Assembly: GCA_013239625.1 (NCBI GenBank)
Contig: MU055178.1
Coordinates: 9,237,312 to 9,301,311 of the forward strand
Length of the DNA: 64,000 nucleotides
Source of the DNA: Lama guanicoe
Lineage: Eukaryota
Direction: 5' to 3'
The notes under the pieces were generated by a model that did not search any database, had not been told where the DNA came from, and was given only the letters and a program-made list of their open reading frames with translations. The position numbers and the translations under genes are program-made. Positions 60,223 to 64,000 of this stretch are shown here, one piece after another. Position 1 is the first letter of the stretch. Every line of letters starts with the position of its first letter.

Positions 60223-61729
60223 GTCTGGATACTTGAGTTTCTGTTGTTTGATTGTGTATTTTTTCTTCAAATCTTTCTTAAGTGAGTCAGACTCGGCTCT
60301 CATTTAATCGTTAGCCACTAAGAAACCACTAATAAAGTGAGCAAGTGTCACTCCCAGGCAGGAGCACTGTGGCCCAAGACACGCAGTGCTTTCTAATTTG
60401 CAAAGCAATGGCCTCATGGGAGAGCTGGAAGGGGCCCTGGACCCTCCAGGGGTCAAGGTTATTCCATGTATGGGGGTGAATGACCTCAGGGCCTGCCAGG
60501 TCGTGGCTAACTGGGCCCGCACCTCTGTTCCAGGGTTTGCCTGTGCCCGAGTGAGCGGCCCTTGTTCATCACACGTGCACACACACACGTGCACACACAC
60601 GCGCGCCCGCCCAGCTATACAAACAGTCCTGCAAAATGGTGACACTGGCACCACAGCACTAGAGCAGAGAAGCAGGGGCCTGGCCCCCATCTCGAGGCAG
60701 CCCTCTTCTACATCCGCCTGATTCTCTCTGGACGTGGAGGAGTCGGGAAAGGTTGGCCCAGCACATCTTCTCACCAGCTTTTCCCCCCTCAAGGGAGGCA
60801 GGTACAGTGTGAACGCTTGTCACCATTTCCCCGCTCTCACCATGCTCTTCACCCCTGACCTCCTCCTTTGGTCTCCGGCCCTGCGGCTTAGTTCAGAGCC
60901 CTCCTCTCCTTCCCATTCTCCTTTTCTGCACTACATCTGTCAAAGTAACCCTAAACTGGCTAACACATGGCGAGGATCCTGCTGAAATCCATTTGTTTAC
61001 AGGAGCGGGAGAGCTCTCAGCTCTGGAGAGAACTTAGACCCAGGAGCCAGGAGCTCCTGGCCCCGACATGCGGAAAGCACTCAGTGATTGTCTGCTCAAG
61101 TGAGTTTTGGGTAAAGAACCTCAAAGTTCCCCAAAGTCTCTTCTGGGATGTCTACCTAGTCTGTCCCTTGCCTTCCTCTGATTAAACTGGCTTTTCAAGA
61201 GAAATAAAATGCTTTCAGTCAATGCTATTGGTCCTGTTTGCAGCAGTATGTCTTGCTCCCGTTTATCATGCCATTGTGTGGGGTAATTGGTTCTGGGTGT
61301 TGTGGGAGGCACTGGGGAGGAAGACGGTGAGGATGGGAAGTGGGGGTGGAATGGGGGTGCTACCCTGAGAATCGGTCATTATCTAACTAACATCGTCTCT
61401 TGGAAGGCAACCAGTGTGAGGTGGGCAGTCTGTGCAGGGTGCCTGGAGCCCACAGGGCTGCCTCTGTGTCCCCTCCCAACCTCCAGGACGATGCTGCCCT
61501 CTAGCTCGGTAAGTTTCTGACAGGCTGTGGTCTCTGGGTTCTCCTGCCAGGTGCCCGGCTCAGTGCCACAGTGTACAGGTGGGCCACAGTCACTTATTCT
61601 GAAGGAGAATTTTATATTAAGGCAGACAGGCCCATCTTTTTTTGAAAGAAACTGCCAATAGTTGGAAATTGCTGTGTGCCAGGCACTGTGCTCAGCACTT
61701 CAACGGCATCATCTCAATTCTCCACAAGC

Positions 61730-62260
61730 CGCCAGAGAGCTCCTTTCAAAGTGCAAATCACATCCTGCCCCTCCCCTGCTCCAAACTGCCCAAAGGCTCC
61801 TGTCATACTTTTGTCAGGCTCCCACCATGCCCACAAGGCTGGCCAGGCGTGGCTCCTAGCTCCTACTCCAGCAGCATCTTCTCCCTCCCTTCCCCTATTC
61901 ACCACACATCTTACTGCTCCTGGAACTGGCCAAGGAGGGCCTGCCACAGGGTCTTTGCACTGGTTCCTCTCCTGGCTCTGCCTAGCTCACTCCTTCACTT
62001 CATCAGACCTTCTCAAGTATCTTCTCAGAGACACCCTCACCCCATCTAAAGTACCACCTGTGTCACGCTCTGTTGTCTTCCCTGCCTTCCTTTTTAATAG
62101 CAGTCCACAAACCTAGCCATGTTATTAGAAATCTATTTGTTTATTTGTCTATTGCCTGTCTCTCCTACGTGAGGGCAGAGATCTTGTTTTGTTCACTGTC
62201 CTATTTCAACAACTAGAACAGTGCCTTTGATACAGTAACATGAATAAATATAGAGTCAAT
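61730..62260 (+). mobile_element. L2 LINE remnant (3' end)
   Basis: ccacagggtctttgcactgg...gagggcagagatcttgttttgttcactg...ctagaacagtgcct. Confidence 0.7.
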
Positions 62261-63645
62261 GAAAAAAAAGTGGCCAAACACTCACAAGACCCCACGATGT
62301 AAGTGCCCTTCTTACCCCCATGTTATAGATGAGAAAACTGAGGCTCAGAGAGACTCATTATTCTCAGGGTCAGGAATCTAATGACCCTGGGACCGGAAGT
62401 CAAGTTGTCTGCCTCTGGGGTCTCGATCTGAGCTGCTGTGTTGGTTCCTCTCTCTCTCTCTGCACTCATAGATGCCTGTCAACATGTCTACGTGGGAGCC
62501 CTTTTCCTCGAGACACTCCAAGAAAAAAGCATTTGATGGATGACTCTGTTTAGGAAATTGCATTTCCTTGCTGGGTGTTTGAAAGGCTTGTTAGCGTATG
62601 AAAGGCCCTGAAAAGTCCTGCAGTAAAAAAGATTGAATGGAAGTGTGTTTCCCAAACCTTTGACTGTGGAAATCTTATATTTATTTATTTGTGTGCATAA
62701 CACCTATTAATATATTGCAGAACGTACCTTGGGCAATAATGGCTTTTGTCACTGTGGAGAAAAATGCAGCGTCTGATGAAGTGACCTGGGAGCCCTCTGG
62801 GTCACCTGGCATGAGGAGGTCTGAGCCAGGAGCTTCCCACCCAGCAGGAGGCGCTGTGCCCAGTCACCTTCCCCAGGACTGGCATCTGAGCCTTCAGTGT
62901 CTGTTCGTCCCTGGATAAGGCCACTGTCAAGCTCAGCCCGTAAAACAAAAAGGTGCGTGGCTCCTGGTATCTTTCAGCAGCAGCCCGGCCCCAGCACGCT
63001 TTTCCGCAGGGACCTAAGGGCTGGCTCAACGTCTGCCCTTTGGTTCTCGAGCCAAGTGACCCCTGGTGTTCGTCCTGGGCCCCTTAGAGGGCAATTCCTT
63101 GTGTGTTTCTCAGGGACATCAACCCCACAAGCCTGGCCTTGCTTTCTCACTGTCTCATGTTTCCCTGTTGGAATTTTAACCTTCTAGCGGACTAGGGACA
63201 CCACCTTAGCCACTTGTGTCCTCTCGGCCCCCAACTCTGTGCTGAGCCGACAGTAAGCGCCCAGATTATTCTTGTTGGCTTGAGTGTGAGGGAACCAATT
63301 ATCCTGTGTGTCGCTTGGTTTGGTGCAGAGAAGGATAAATGGCGATGCTGTAAATCCCTTGATTTATTACCAAAGCCCTCCCTCTGCCCCAAGCAGAATG
63401 AAAGGATAACCCAGAGGCAGAGGAGACTGTGGGGTACAAGGCGCGGAGATGACTGGATCACTGTGTCCCCAGAGAGTCAGAGCAACTGTCACAGCCGCCG
63501 AAGGTCCATCTTCATTGGTTTTGATGGTGATTTGATGTCATTATGGATTCAGGTCTCATCTCCATCCCTGAGATCATCTGAATAACACTGTGATGAAGAC
63601 GAGAAGAGAGGAGGCCAGCATCCGTGGGCAGCCTGGGTTGGACAG

Positions 63646-63652
63646 CATAAAT
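63646..63652 (+). promoter_or_regulatory. TATA-like box (CATAAAT) of PROK1
   Basis: Lies about 100 bp upstream of the ATG in GC-rich flanks. Confidence 0.55.
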
Positions 63653-63752
63653 CTGCGGGGGGAGCCTGGCCTTCCGGGCAGGCGGGCTCGAGCCTGAGCA
63701 GAGGCGACCAGACACAGCAGAGCGGGCAGTGCTTTCCTTCTCCAAAGTGACC

Positions 63753-63824
63753 ATGAGAGGTGCCACGCAAGTCTCAGTCATGCTCCTCCTTGTCACTGTG
63801 TCCGACGGTGCTGTGATCACCGGG
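63753..63824 (+). CDS. PROK1: PROK1 (prokineticin-1 / EG-VEGF) coding exon 1; the gene continues past the window
   Basis: MRGATQVSVMLLLVTVSDG-AVITG: a signal peptide followed by the invariant AVITG N-terminus of prokineticins. Donor GGG|GTAAGT. Gene order after LAMTOR5 fits PROK1 rather than PROK2. Confidence 0.95.
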
Positions 63825-64000
63825 GTAAGTCATCCAACGTTCTCCATGCCCTGGGTTTGGGGAGGACATCAGAGTCTGCATGGGATGGGAGCCAGGAGGC
63901 AAACCAAGGGCGTGGGGAGGCACTTCCCAGGGTTTTCATACTAGTTAGACCTCACTCTGCTGAAGGGGATCTGCTTTTGAGAAACTGTGTGTAAATTAAA

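Noticed and set aside
1-64000. CRISPR arrays, operons or other prokaryotic systems
   Set aside because: The DNA is clearly mammalian and has no regularly spaced repeat-spacer structure.

Overview
Mammalian genomic DNA, most likely a camelid: it carries four tRNA-Ala-derived vic-1-type SINEs. The window covers the conserved SLC16A4 - LAMTOR5 - PROK1 interval. On the minus strand are SLC16A4 (MCT5), with non-coding exon 1 and coding exons 2-8 (the last exon was not found and should lie left of the window), and the complete 4-exon LAMTOR5 gene (91 aa) with a CpG-island promoter. The first coding exon of PROK1 lies on the plus strand at the far right. The rest is intron or intergenic DNA with LINE, SINE, LTR and DNA-transposon remnants and five N-gaps. 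The most notable observations are: a pristine tailless tRNA-Gln 5'-half retrocopy with an 18-bp target-site duplication (TSD); an old ERV1-like provirus with intact CTAT TSD sitting head-to-head against the SLC16A4 promoter; a chain of well-formed antisense exon signals in the last SLC16A4 intron; an apparently identical 2059-bp tandem duplication with a third 60-bp copy just beyond it; and a frame break that argues against the long HBXIP isoform. I see no convincing previously undescribed biological system. Almost all ORF-track entries outside these exons are chance ORFs. Repeat family names and human comparisons are from memory, not from a database search.
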